This document shows positions 51,901-64,000 of a stretch of DNA of 64,000 nucleotides, one piece after another (position 1 is the stretch's first letter; each line of letters begins with the position of its first letter). A model generated the notes under the pieces. It was not told where the DNA came from, searched no databases, and was given only the letters and a program-made list of their open reading frames with translations. Location: assembly GCA_964016885.1 (NCBI GenBank), contig OZ024740.1, positions 147,932,001-147,996,000 on the forward strand, in the 5' to 3' direction. The DNA comes from Eledone cirrhosa (taxonomy: Eukaryota). The translations under genes and the position numbers were made by a program.

Positions 51901-54270
51901 GTGGGTGAAGAATATCAAAACATTAAGAGTGATAAAAAGAGGTGGTGTAGAAAAATTGACCTTATTTGAGAAAATAGCATGTACGGTCAAAGAAGTAACC
52001 ACTGTTTTGAAGGTCATTGACTCCATTTTAGAAAAGTAACACTATAACTAATGTAGCACCTACATGATATGTAACGGTATGATGTCCTAATTGGAAGATA
52101 GAACATGCTAATCTGGTGACATTTTTAGAGTGATATGGTGAGATAGTTACACGGTGACCTCATGTTTTTAACAAATTATATATTTTTGATAAATTTAAAG
52201 AAATTCCATTTGATCAATTTATACTTCTAAAAGTATAAACTTCTTTTTAACAGAAGTAATGGGAACTGCCTTGTTTTTACCTTAAATTGGGCAGTTTCTG
52301 TCTCTTTGGAGTGAAGGAAATGTTTATGAAAAGGATTAATATATAGATATGTTTATGTACATACATGTAATTAACTAAAAATCTGAATTAATCTAGGTAT
52401 AGATATAATATCTACAAGCAGTTACAAGTTCATAACTAGAATAATAATGTTAATACTAAAAAGCTTATGATAATCTGTAAACAAGCAATGAGTTAAACCT
52501 AACCTCTCTGAAGCAGTGACAGTACTAAGCTTAGGCTAGCACCGTGTGCTCTTAGTTTTAGATGATACAAGATAAATTTGATAAAATTTATCCTTGTTAT
52601 CTACCATTATTGATTAAAAGGAAAGGTAAAATGACACCACTGCACATATATTAATGATATTAGTGTGTGGCAGTTTGACCTTGTATAATATTATATTCCA
52701 GATAGTGATAGTACTTATTTTGTGTTTCAGAAGGAATTAATTAGATGTTAACATAGAATGAGCTACAACATACATGGTCACCACTACCACTACTATATTG
52801 TGTATATCAAAAACGAGAGAAGGGTATGTCATTTATAATAGAATATAAATAAATGCAGGAGTTGAATGGGAAATATTAAAAGGCAAAATTCTACAAAAGA
52901 AAGAGAACACCATAGAAACAATTTATAGATGTCAATTTCTGGGAAAATACGCTATCATTTACATTGAAATAAAAACCACTTCGCGGTTATTCGATTATCT
53001 AGAAATAACAACCAAATCATCCCAATTTCACACCCTAGAGTCGTAAGACAATGATACATAAGAAAATATAGCCTATGATATATACATAAAGACGAGACGG
53101 TCAGGACTAGAACATCATCGATGTGACCGGATAAATCTTTCGCCTTTTACCAAACAAAATTTAAACAATGAATTGTATTTAGCTATGAAAATGCTGTAAT
53201 TTGCAAACGGTGATAATAATAATATTAACTGTAAAATAAATACGCAATACAAGTTAGAGTAAATCTTCGGTTGCTATAAGACAATTCAGTCGTTTAGAAT
53301 TAGTCCCCCAAAACAATATATCTCACATGGTAACAGTTCATGAAATGTCATAGCGATGGATATCCAACTTCCTGTGTCAAGCACTAACGAAAGCAGGGCG
53401 GAAACGACTATACATATATAAAATGTTAATTGTTTGAGTAAGTAGTTAAATATATACATTTGATAATAATAGAATGAGATGAAGAGATTCGAATAAAATG
53501 GCAAAATTTTCCACCTTCAAGACACTATCGCATCGATAACCAATCGATTCATTTCCTATAATTTTTAGCCAGATTCATTTGATGTGAACGTGCGCTCGTA
53601 AACATATTCCATAACGTCATTCAGCTATTCTAGTAGTTTAGTATTCACTGCTGCTTGGGAAATACATTGATAGTTCTGGTTGCACATCAATGACGAAAAA
53701 TAATCACCCCCACCCCCAATGGTATAAATCTAGAGATTATTAGAGACTGGGAAATGTATCTATCTCGTTACAGATTATTGTTAGGGGGTCAAAATAAGAA
53801 CACAATGGATTTTTAATGGGGAATTTGGCATCGCTAAAATTTTAGTGGGTGTGAAAAGCTTAGCAGTTGAGTAGAAGAGACAATATATGTATCTACAGAG
53901 TGAAAGAGGAAAGAGGAGGAAATAATTTTGGTAAAAGGTGGAGTGGATACACCAGGGTGAGATAGAAGTATAGATCTGAGATATATTGTGTGTGTGTGTG
54001 AGAGAGAGAGAATTAACAGAATGAGAAAGCCATTAAACTTGTTTATGTGAAAATTACACTTACACACACACGCACCCCCACACACACAGCAGTAATACGG
54101 ACCTCTTGACAATCTTAGCTAAAATCATCTCATATTAAATACAGATGATAACAATACTAATCATATCAATAAAATTTTCGTTAATAATAATAATAACCAT
54201 CGTCATTATCACTGAAAACTGTAGTGTAAGAATGGGAAATGTGAGTGAAGAGACAGCAGTCTTGTAGCGG

Positions 54271-54283
54271 GGAAGTGACGTAA
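54271..54283 (+). promoter_or_regulatory. Candidate ETS-CRE composite site in Mitf intron 1
   Basis: GGAAGTGACGTAA in non-repetitive sequence ~0.8 kb into the intron. Confidence 0.3.
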
Positions 54284-54967
54284 TACCTGCTGGTTCGGAA
54301 TAATATATTATTGATAGGCAGTATGTAATATAATAAAACGAACTGGAAAAAAATACATACATTACATATAGAAATATTTACTGAAAATAACAATGTATAT
54401 TCATATTTATAGAGAGGTCAATGATCGCTGATATAATCGAAATATATCCATAAAATAAGGAACAAAAAGATACTAAATATCTAATAGCAGCAACTGGAGG
54501 AAAACAGATGGTTAAAGAAATCAAGAATGATTTCTTTTCTTTTTTTTTTCTATTTCTATTTTTTCTCTATTTCTTATTTTACTTCTGCTTCTATTTATTA
54601 ATATGATTTAATTTAAAGGTAAATCTATGATAATCATAAATAATAAGTGATGAAATGATTAATATAATCGACAATTTAATATCACCCCACCCCCAGTTGA
54701 GGATTCCATATGAAAGTAAATCGATATCACTGTTAGATCTTTGTAGTATCAGTTCGAACTACCCTTTACTGCGTTCTAATATAACAAATAAATTCTCAAT
54801 AATTCCAGTGATGATTTCTTTGCATATGGAATCAACAGGGTGGGGTGATGAGTAACAATACTAATTAACCATTCGAAAAATTCGATTTACAGAACGATCA
54901 TAATTTGTTTTAGTAAAGATTATTTTGTTAGATAAATGTCAGCTTAAGGAAGTCAAATACATACATA

Positions 54968-55023
<56 letters not shown>

Positions 55024-55101
55024 CATACATAAAATATTATGGGAAGAGAAAAGAAAATAGGATCACAATGAGAAATGAATGACAGAAATAGAATGACTTA
55101 C

Positions 55102-55220
55102 CTTCCAACAACAACTTTACTTTTTAATTCATAGAAATCATCCTGAAGAATTTCCCATATGTCATCTATTCCAGAGTCTTGCATTTCGCGAAAAGAACTG
55201 TCACCACTGAAGGTATCCAT
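55102..55220 (-). CDS. Mitf: MiT/TFE family bHLH-ZIP transcription factor (Mitf/TFE3/TFEB orthologue), coding exon 1
   Basis: Manual translation MDTFSGDSSFREMQDSGIDDIWEILQDDFYELKSKVVVG(S). MQDSGI...YELKS matches the MITF-A/TFE3 N-terminus (MQSESGIV...YYELKSQ). Good start context aacatcATGG. Donor AG|gtaagt at 55101, phase 2. Confidence 0.85.
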
Positions 55221-56558
55221 GATGTTGGCTCTTGTCTGTGGAGACGAATCTGAACAACCAAAACCACAGCAATAGTGGTGGTGGTGATAGTGGGATTGGT
55301 GGTAGTAGTGAAAACAGTAGTGGGTTACAGATATTTAGATATGTATGTACGTGTGCTTTTAACACCAGCTGCAACAGAGCTGAAGTGTAGCAGTAGTAGC
55401 AGTAATAGTAAAGTCAGTGGAAACTGTTTATGTACTTCGAATGACTGTATAAATCTAGTGAGGAGGGAAGAGGAGAAGGAGAAAAAGAACGGGAGAAAAA
55501 ACGAGGGAAAGAGAGTGTGCGCAGCAGCAAATAGCAGTCAACAGCTTGTTTTTAATGGTTACTGCAACAGGTACCTGTCCATTCCTTCATTTCACTGACA
55601 AACAAATATGAATAGACTGGCAAAACAGATAAACATATACAAGGATAGGCATATATATGCAATTGAGGAGACCTAAATATATAAAGTGAAGTTTATTTAT
55701 ATGTCGCGAGAAAAAATATTTAATGTTACGAGTAATGTCCTTCATCGAAGAAAGATTATATATATATATATCCAATTGATTCCTGCCAATGGAGAATATC
55801 CTTCGCTTAAACACACTTACTATATATGTATGTACGTACGTATGTATGTTTGTATTTATGTATGTTACTATGTATGTATCAATAGCGATGCTCCAGCATG
55901 GCCTCAACCAGCTGGCTGGAACAGGTAAAACACATCTGTATGTATGTATGTATGTATGTATATATATATATATGTGTGTGTGTATATTATATTTTTAATT
56001 ATATATATATATATTTGTATATATTATAAATGACAGCTACTTTGATTGATTGGGTGTTGATCATAAAATGCCACTTAAAACGATGTTGCTCAGTTGAACA
56101 CTGAAGTCGCATATAGATACATATATATATTTATTTATTTATATACGTACATGCATATAGGTGAGTGTGAAAGAAAGACATTATTTGTAAACAAATATAT
56201 AGGGCAACAATCGCAATATTTAATAAAAGAAGAGATATTTTCTCAGAAATTCTAACGTAAACAAATTGACAACACACACATGTGTGTGTGTGTGTAGGTA
56301 TGTGTGAATATATATCTGTGTGTTGCGTAATGTCAGAAAGGAGTCAACATCAATATAGGGCAACAGTCGCTATATGTTATAAAATGAAAAAAAAAAAGGG
56401 TTTTATTTTCCCATAGAATACTAGCGTAAACAAAAGATATCATACACATATATATATATATATATATAGATATATATATACTCACACACACACAGTAGTA
56501 GTAGCTAAGTAGTTATGAAGTCAGATTTCTCGGGGTGTGCGCTTAAGAGACGATACCC

Positions 56559-56581
56559 ATTGGTCGGTTTTGGTCACATGG
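56559..56581 (-). promoter_or_regulatory. Candidate CCAAT box plus M-box/CLEAR-like E-box upstream of Mitf
   Basis: CCAAT (minus strand, 56559-56563) and GGTCACATGG (56572-56581) in a locally CpG-richer unique patch ~1.35 kb upstream of the ATG. Confidence 0.3.
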
Positions 56582-57178
56582 CACGTCGCACAGATGACTT
56601 AAGAAAACAACAATAATAATATTTTAACATATAATCATGAAATCAGAAGGATTCCACTTGGGTGTTACAAAGAATCGTACCCTGTTGCAAGACATCTCGA
56701 GGTGGACGTAAATAAATAAGGAATATTTAACCATATGCGAATATAGAGATATGAAAGTGTTTTTTTTCCCCCCGTAGCACTTAAATATATTTTGAAATAA
56801 ATGATGATTTTTTTTTATTTCGCTTGCTCACATCAGCTGCACTTAACATCTGTAATATCACTGGCATTATGTTATATCGCAACTAGCAGCATTAGCAGGC
56901 GAAAGAAAACCCAATCAACACAATATGATCTCATACAAGTGATATTTCATACAGAGTGCTGCTGGTACACACCTGTTTATGGTGGATTACATTTCGTCAT
57001 ACACTTTGATGTGCATTATTTTAGCCCAAATATCACCTCACACAAACATTATTCAGTCCAATGTGACACGGATATAGTAATGTGAACAAAAAACCTATCT
57101 ACATTGCTGGTTTATTTCACATCCTGATACCTTCTCCAACACAGCAATGTAGAGAGATCTGTCTTTTTGCTTTGGTCA

Positions 57179-57265
<87 letters not shown>

Positions 57266-57280
57266 ATGTATGTGTGTCTG

Positions 57281-57319
<39 letters not shown>

Positions 57320-57352
57320 ATAGAGAAATTAATGTGAGCAAGAAGCCAACAG

Positions 57353-57385
<33 letters not shown>

Positions 57386-57475
57386 TAGAAGTGGTAATTA
57401 ATTTGTTGGAAGTCCTACAAATATAAATGTTTATAACTGATTTAGAGCACTCAACAAGTTACTGGAGTAAATATT

Positions 57476-57659
57476 CAATGATATTAAATAAATGGAAACT
57501 ATATTTATAAAACCATATTTATTTTATTATATATATTTCAAGGGCAACCAAGAGAACACTGATGAAAACGTACCAATGTTGTCTTGGTTGCCCTTGAAAT
57601 ATATATAATAAAATAAATATGGTTTTATAAATATAGTTTCCATTTATTTAATATCATTG
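57476..57659. repeat. Near-perfect hairpin made from the PLE 3' end
   Basis: Arms match 62308-62408. The fold-back junction falls at CTGATGA (57559). Confidence 0.9.
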
Positions 57660-57750
57660 TATATATGTATGTGTGTCTGTATATATATATATATATATTA
57701 TTATAAAATAACAGGAGGCTGGACTTGTGTAAATCGTTGAAAGGTTTATT

Positions 57751-57808
57751 ATACTATGATCATTTCAATGACCGGGTTCCGTATGAATCCGGTGATATCA
57801 TCAGGTAT
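57751..57808 (-). ncRNA. Minimal type I hammerhead ribozyme motif
   Basis: Minus strand ATAC-CTGATGA-tatcACCGGaTTC(atacg)GAAcCCGGTcatt-GAAA-TGATCA-TA-GTAT. Palindromic stem III ATGATCAT. AATAAA just downstream. Confidence 0.7.
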
Positions 57809-59209
57809 TCGAAATATAATAAATGAATGTAACAGATAAAATCCATGGGACTGAAAATCATAGACCCGAGGTCGACCGACCATCTAGCATCTTCCACTTT
57901 AGCCGGTCGTATATATTCATTTATTTTATAAAAGCTAAATAGTGAGAAAATGAATATTTAAACTCTTAATCGCTATTGAGAACTCTTTTCTCTCAGCCGT
58001 CAACCACATATGAATATATTATATATATATGTGTGTGTGTGCGTATGTATATATGTGTGTGTATATATATATATGTGTGTGTATATATATATATATCATC
58101 ATCATCATCATCATCATTGTTTAACGTCTTTCTTCCACACTAGCATGGGTTTAGAACTATATATATATATAGTCTGCGGTGCTGAGACTGAGGAGACCAC
58201 TAATCATATGAGTACTCGATGCATGGGGAGTGTAGAGTGGCTGTAGAGATATGTAAAATCCCGACTGCGGCGCCAAGCGGTTTCGGCTTGTATGTTCACT
58301 GTTCACAAACCTTAACGAGGGTGTAGTAATATTTTTTAGGGTATGAAAAATAGATCAGTCTTAACCATGCTAGCATTAAAGATGGACGTTAAACGATGAT
58401 GATGATGAGGTCACTGGTCTTGTTTGTGTTTTGGTTGAGTTTATCATAGTAGTAAACTGGTCAGATGGAGGAAGTGGGGTGACAGAGACTGGTAAGTTTA
58501 TCTAGACAGGCAAGGGGTCTGGCGAAGGAGGTAGTGTGGGTGGTGTAAGATGGTTAATGAGTATGAGTGGAATAGGTGAAGGGGCATAATGGTCTTAGAA
58601 ATTTAAGGTGGAGGAGTAGACTTATTTATAAGCTGAAAGTGTATTTTTAAGTGAAGAATTAACAATAAAAGTGGATTATATAGAAGTAAATGGTTAAAGA
58701 AAATAGTAAAGAGGAAAAATAAGATCAGGTAAAATGTAGGGGTTTAAAAATAGGTAGAGTGGATTATATGGGTTTAGTAACCAGTTGTGAAGTGTATGTA
58801 CTATGTATATGCTTACTGCATACATAGAGGCACACAACAGTATACTGGGGAGTTTTATAGGGTTTTGCATGTGAATACATGAATAAAAAAGGTGCGGTGA
58901 AGTAAGGATTTAGATAGCAAATAAATTAGTAGGTAAGGTATACGCAGACAGTTACAGTCGCATTTATATAAGCGTACATACCCATGCACATACAAAAATA
59001 CACTTACTCACAAGTGCACATGCATAGTCATGAGCAGAAATATACATATATATATACACACACATATAACTACACACATGCACACACACAAGCCCATGCA
59101 TGTCCCTATTGGGAGAGGCGGGGTGGAATTGTCTGTTCCGATGCTCCTACATAGACCCATGCATGTCCAGATGAGGAGGTGGGTAAGATTGTCTGCACAC
59201 ACCCACCCA

Positions 59210-60300
59210 TAGCCCTTCCAAATCACTAACGGTGTGAAGTAGGGTTGCATTCTCACTCCAACTCTGTTCTCCTTATTTTTCAGCATGATGCTGAACCATG
59301 CCATGAAAGATCTGCAAGCGGATGAGGGGGTCTACATTAATTTCACACTGATGGAAGCCTCTTCAACCTGTGACGGTTGCAGGCGCACACCAAGACCACT
59401 AAAACACTGATTCGAGAGCTCCTGTTTGCTGACGTTGCTGCACTTGTGCACACTGAAAGTGCCATGCAACACCTAACTTCATACTTTGCAAATGCTTCTG
59501 ATCTCTTGGGCCTGGAGTCCGCTACCAACCTGCTCCACAAGATATATACCATTCACCCGACATTTCCATCAAGCAAGCAAAGCTGAGTGCTGGGCAGCAA
59601 TTCTGCTATCTTAGGAATGTCATTTCTTTTGACACTGGAATTGATAAGGAATTGGGCAACAGACTAACCAAAGCCAGCAGCGCCTTCAGGAGACTAAACA
59701 AGAGGGAGTGAAGAAACAATAACCTCAAAACAGAGACAAAACTCAGTCTACAGGACTGTAATCCTGAGACTATGGTTCTGAGACATGGGTCTTGTTTCTG
59801 TCACACCAACCTCCAGGAGATATTCCACCAATGCTATCTGTGTAGCATACTAAACATTCACTGGAAAGAATATGTCACTAACACAGAGGTCCTCGAGAGA
59901 GCCAATACCACCAGTATCGAGGCTACTGTTATGAAGACACTGCTGCTCTTAGTAGGGTATGTTTCCACAATGGCAGACAATCGCCTTCCAAAGATTGTGC
60001 CCTACAGAGATTTGTTTTCTGGCTGTCGAAACAGTGGTACGCCCAAGAAGCGGTATAAAGATATGTTAAAAAGACCATGAAAACATGTAACATCAGCCCC
60101 CATCAATGGCCCTTCCTGGCGGATGACTGCAATGCTTAGCACCATCTAGCAGGCCAGTGCATTCGAAGCAAGCTGTCATGTAAGCCAAGAGGAGAAGAGA
60201 GCCTGGCAGAAGGGCAGGGTCAGGACGGAAGAAAGCAAAACAAAGGCATTTCCCTGCATGATTTCAGATTGGCCAGACCAGACAACAATGCGCATGCACA
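59210..60300 (+). pseudogene. Degenerate RTE-BovB-like LINE relic
   Basis: GVK*GCILTPTLFSLFFSMML, IRELLFADVAALV and NIHWKEYVTNTEVLERANTTSIEA...RLPKIV...GTPKKRYKD. Confidence 0.85.
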
Positions 60301-60384
60301 CTGTGAGGACAAAGTGGACCTGACCTTATCTTAATGTTTCTTCGTATTGAAGTCATCACCATCATCATCATCTATATATATATG

Positions 60385-60455
<71 letters not shown>

Positions 60456-60634
60456 ATATATGTGTGTGTGTGTGTATATATACATGTATGTGGGAGTGTG
60501 TATATATGTGCATACATATATATATACACATAGATATATATATATAAATACATATATATATGTGTGTATGTGTGTGTATACATACATATATATGTGTGTG
60601 TATGTGTGTGTATACATACATATATATGTGTGTG

Positions 60635-60676
<42 letters not shown>

Positions 60677-61866
60677 GAATAGTTAATACGCTTTCTTAAA
60701 CAAGGTTACTGGCATAGGGTGTGTATATATATTACCATACGCAGTTGCAGTGAAAGTGCACATTAAATATGCTCTCTCAAATACTTGGACAGCTCCTTAG
60801 CAGTAGTTGACGGCTTCTGTTACCTAGGTAACTTAATTTACAGTGGAGTTGTATGTTCTGAGAGAGAAATGGCTAATGTAAATCTATTTGTATTTTGGGG
60901 ACTTCGTTATTCAATGTGTTCTTCCTTCTTTTAAAAACTTTTTAAGATGTATGATATCATGGATATTCCACTATGTGGATGATACTGTTATTGCTGTTAA
61001 TCTCACCCTATGGCGTTAAACACAGTGCACCGTACCCAGCAATAGACGGGGACGAGAGAAGATGAAAATAATAGGTGGTGTTTGTCAGGGCCTATGAAAG
61101 GGGAGTCCAGCCGGTAATTGTTCCGGACCCAAGAGCTAAGAGGGTCCACACCAACCATGCAACATCCATTTTGAGAAACATCTTTACCTGCTTCGGGCAC
61201 CAAAGGGGTCTTGTACCGCCTTGTAAAATTTGTTTTGGAGGACCCGGTGTTTATATCACTTAAATTATTCTGTCTCTTCATGTGAACTTGTATATCACCA
61301 TTCCATGTGTCTTCATGTTTCTCGTTTTTCCTTTGAAACTACTCGTAAATGTATATATGACGACTTGAACTGCCTGCACTTAAATAACGGCAGTGCATTA
61401 CTGAATGTAATCATTTCAGTACAACTTGCTTTTAATCAGTCTCACAAGTTCAATACAGTGCTTATATTAACTACGAATTCAATGTATACATTAATAAATC
61501 TTATCACAACATTGCCGATGAAGAGGGAGATGGAAGACAATTTTGAATCATTATATATAAATATTTCAATGGAAGGTACTTTAGACTATTTTCATCATTT
61601 CGAATTTTCTTTTAAATAACAGAGCTGGAAAACGTGGCAAGTTACTTTTTACTCTTCGGTAAAGAAGTTTATTCCTTTGCGAATTCAAGGCTTTTCCACA
61701 ACCACTCATTGACCTGTCCAATGTAGAAATCAAATGTTACGAAAAAGTAACGAAAACATATTACTAAAAATATGAAGATGTTCACTAAGCAATTATTTCA
61801 CACAATTTTTAGTAGCCTACGTTTATAACAACGTTATCTATCGATCTATGTATACACACACACACA

Positions 61867-62293
<427 letters not shown>

Positions 62294-62351
62294 TATATAT
62301 ATATGTACAATGATATTAAATAAATGGAAACTATATTTATAAAACCATATT

Positions 62352-62416
62352 TATTTTATTATATATATTTCAAGGGTAACCAAGACAACATTGGTACGCT
62401 TTCATCAGATAAAATA
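62352..62416 (-). ncRNA. Minimal type I hammerhead ribozyme motif in PLE 3'UTR
   Basis: Minus strand TATTTTAT-CTGATGA-AAGcGTACCAA(tgttgtc)TTGGtTACcCTT-GAAA-TATATA-TA-ATAAAATA. Perfect 8-bp stem I and palindromic stem III. Confidence 0.75.
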
Positions 62417-63435
62417 CAAAGTTTGTTTTATAAATAGAGACATACCCATGAAAATCATACCTTATCGGTTGGAAATTGACTGGATAGTGGAAATATATTA
62501 GGGATTATTCAAACTTATGTGTGAATATGCAAGTGAATATGTAAATAATTGAAAAACAACCGTTTATTTAAATGACACTGGTGAAAGAGAGAGAAAAATT
62601 ATTAGTGGATAAAGATAAAAAATATTACGAGAGAGATAGAGAGAAGAAATTAACAAGAGGATGAATAAAACTCATATAACGTTAATTTGGGGGAAATATA
62701 TTCTAAGTATATATCTAATAGTACGAGTATTTACGATTAATTAGTCGTTTAACATTCTTTTCTAATATAATATTTTCTGTTATAAGTAGAAAGAAAAATA
62801 AATAGATAGAAAATAGATAGAAAATAAATAAATAAATAAATAGATAAATAGATAAATAAATGAATAGTTATAGATAATTGTTTTAATGAGTTATGAGGGA
62901 TATTGGTTTTGTATTTAATGTAAGTAAATATTAAGTTAAATTAAATTAAGTTAATAAGAATATTTATATTTATATATTTTAAAATGGGAAGATACGGAAA
63001 AAAACTCCAGTATTGTTTATTTATTCGTTAGTATGAGACTATTTTGTCAAAATAGGTATAAATGTTGAAAGATATATTTAGCCTGAATTAGTTAGTGTTT
63101 ATAAATCTAATAAAAGATATTGAAAAAATATTAAAAATTCGAGAAAATTTTTTAAAAATAATTTATAAGAAATAAGTAATTTAAAAAAAAAGTAATTTTT
63201 AAAAATAGATAAAAAATTAAAGAAATAAAAAATAAATAATTAAAAATTATTAAAATTAAAAAATTACATTTAAAATTAAAATTTAAATTTAAATTAAAAA
63301 AAAAATAGAATTATATATGTATATATTTTATGAAACTTTAAGAAGTGAAATTATAGCAAATGTTATAGATATCAATATATTAAAACCAAGTGGATAAGAT
63401 TGTTATGGAAATAAGTAGAAATATTATAAGTGTAA

Positions 63436-63836
63436 TTATAATTTATGTGTAATTATAATTATAAATGTTGAATTTAGGCGATGTCTACAAGAACTAAATA
63501 AATTCGTCCTTATATTAATGGAGTTCTTACATTTAAGTATGAAAATAAATTCCTCAACACGCAATTTGCAGAATCTAGATAAAGCTGTGTTACCGTATGC
63601 AGGTGCTTTTAAAATTATTTCCCAAGTTAAAGAATAGTCCATATTTTTGCATTTTAAATTCCATATCTGGTTTGAAAGAGAAGTTGAAGATTTTTTTTAT
63701 CAATTCTTTGGAAAGAACATTTGTGATTATTCCAGCGACTTTTAAATTCTGTAGAAGTTGCACCTACATAGTTAAATATATTATCACTGGTTTTGACTGT
63801 ACATTTATAGACCACGTCCTTATCTAAACACTTATT
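63436..63836 (-). pseudogene. PLE GIY-YIG endonuclease C-terminal domain (one frameshift)
   Basis: NKCLDKDVVYKCTVKTSDNIFNYVGATSTEFKSRWNNHKCSF, then a frameshift in the A8 run at 63691-63698, then STSLSNQIWNLK...WEIILKAPAY...CKL..EE..I...INIRTNLFSSCRHR. Confidence 0.85.
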
Positions 63837-64000
63837 AATTAATATAAGGACAAATTTATTTAGTTCTTCTAGACATCGGCTAAATTCAACATTTAGAACT
63901 ATATATAAATTATAATTACACTTATAATATTTCTACTTATTTCCATAACAATCTTATCCACTTGGTTTTAATATATTGATATCTCTAAATCATATCTATA

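Larger units (their letters stand above)
62308..64000 (-). mobile_element. Penelope-like element (PLE): GIY-YIG endonuclease, AT-rich 3'UTR with hammerhead, and inverted terminal copy
   Basis: Endonuclease remnant at 63436-63836, hammerhead at 62352-62416, and 63838-63987 as an inverted copy of 63366-63519. Confidence 0.85.

Overview
AT-rich, repeat-saturated animal genomic DNA. The SINE/RTE content and (TA)n load suggest an octopod cephalopod (inference). One host gene is recognisable, on the minus strand: a MiT/TFE-family bHLH-ZIP factor (Mitf/TFE3/TFEB orthologue). Coding exon 1 (55102-55220; MQDSGI degron and YELKS motif) splices across a ~43.9 kb intron to exon 2 (11000-11201; RTNLKLQLMKQQ and VPPQVLQ). 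I found no exon 3, so the gene continues past position 1. A candidate MITF-M-like alternative exon lies at 1455-1517. The rest is mostly transposon-derived: young 5'-truncated RTE LINEs whose reverse transcriptase carries an inserted C4HC3 (PHD-like) finger, older RTE/BovB relics, two tRNA-SINE families, non-autonomous Helitrons, MITEs, and a Penelope-like element with a GIY-YIG endonuclease. The most striking pattern is at least five unrelated small elements carrying minimal type I hammerhead ribozyme motifs, mostly in fold-back or tandem layouts and inserted in (TA)n tracts. Almost all long ORFs in the supplied track outside the RTEs are microsatellite artefacts. All calls were made by eye, and repeat boundaries are approximate.
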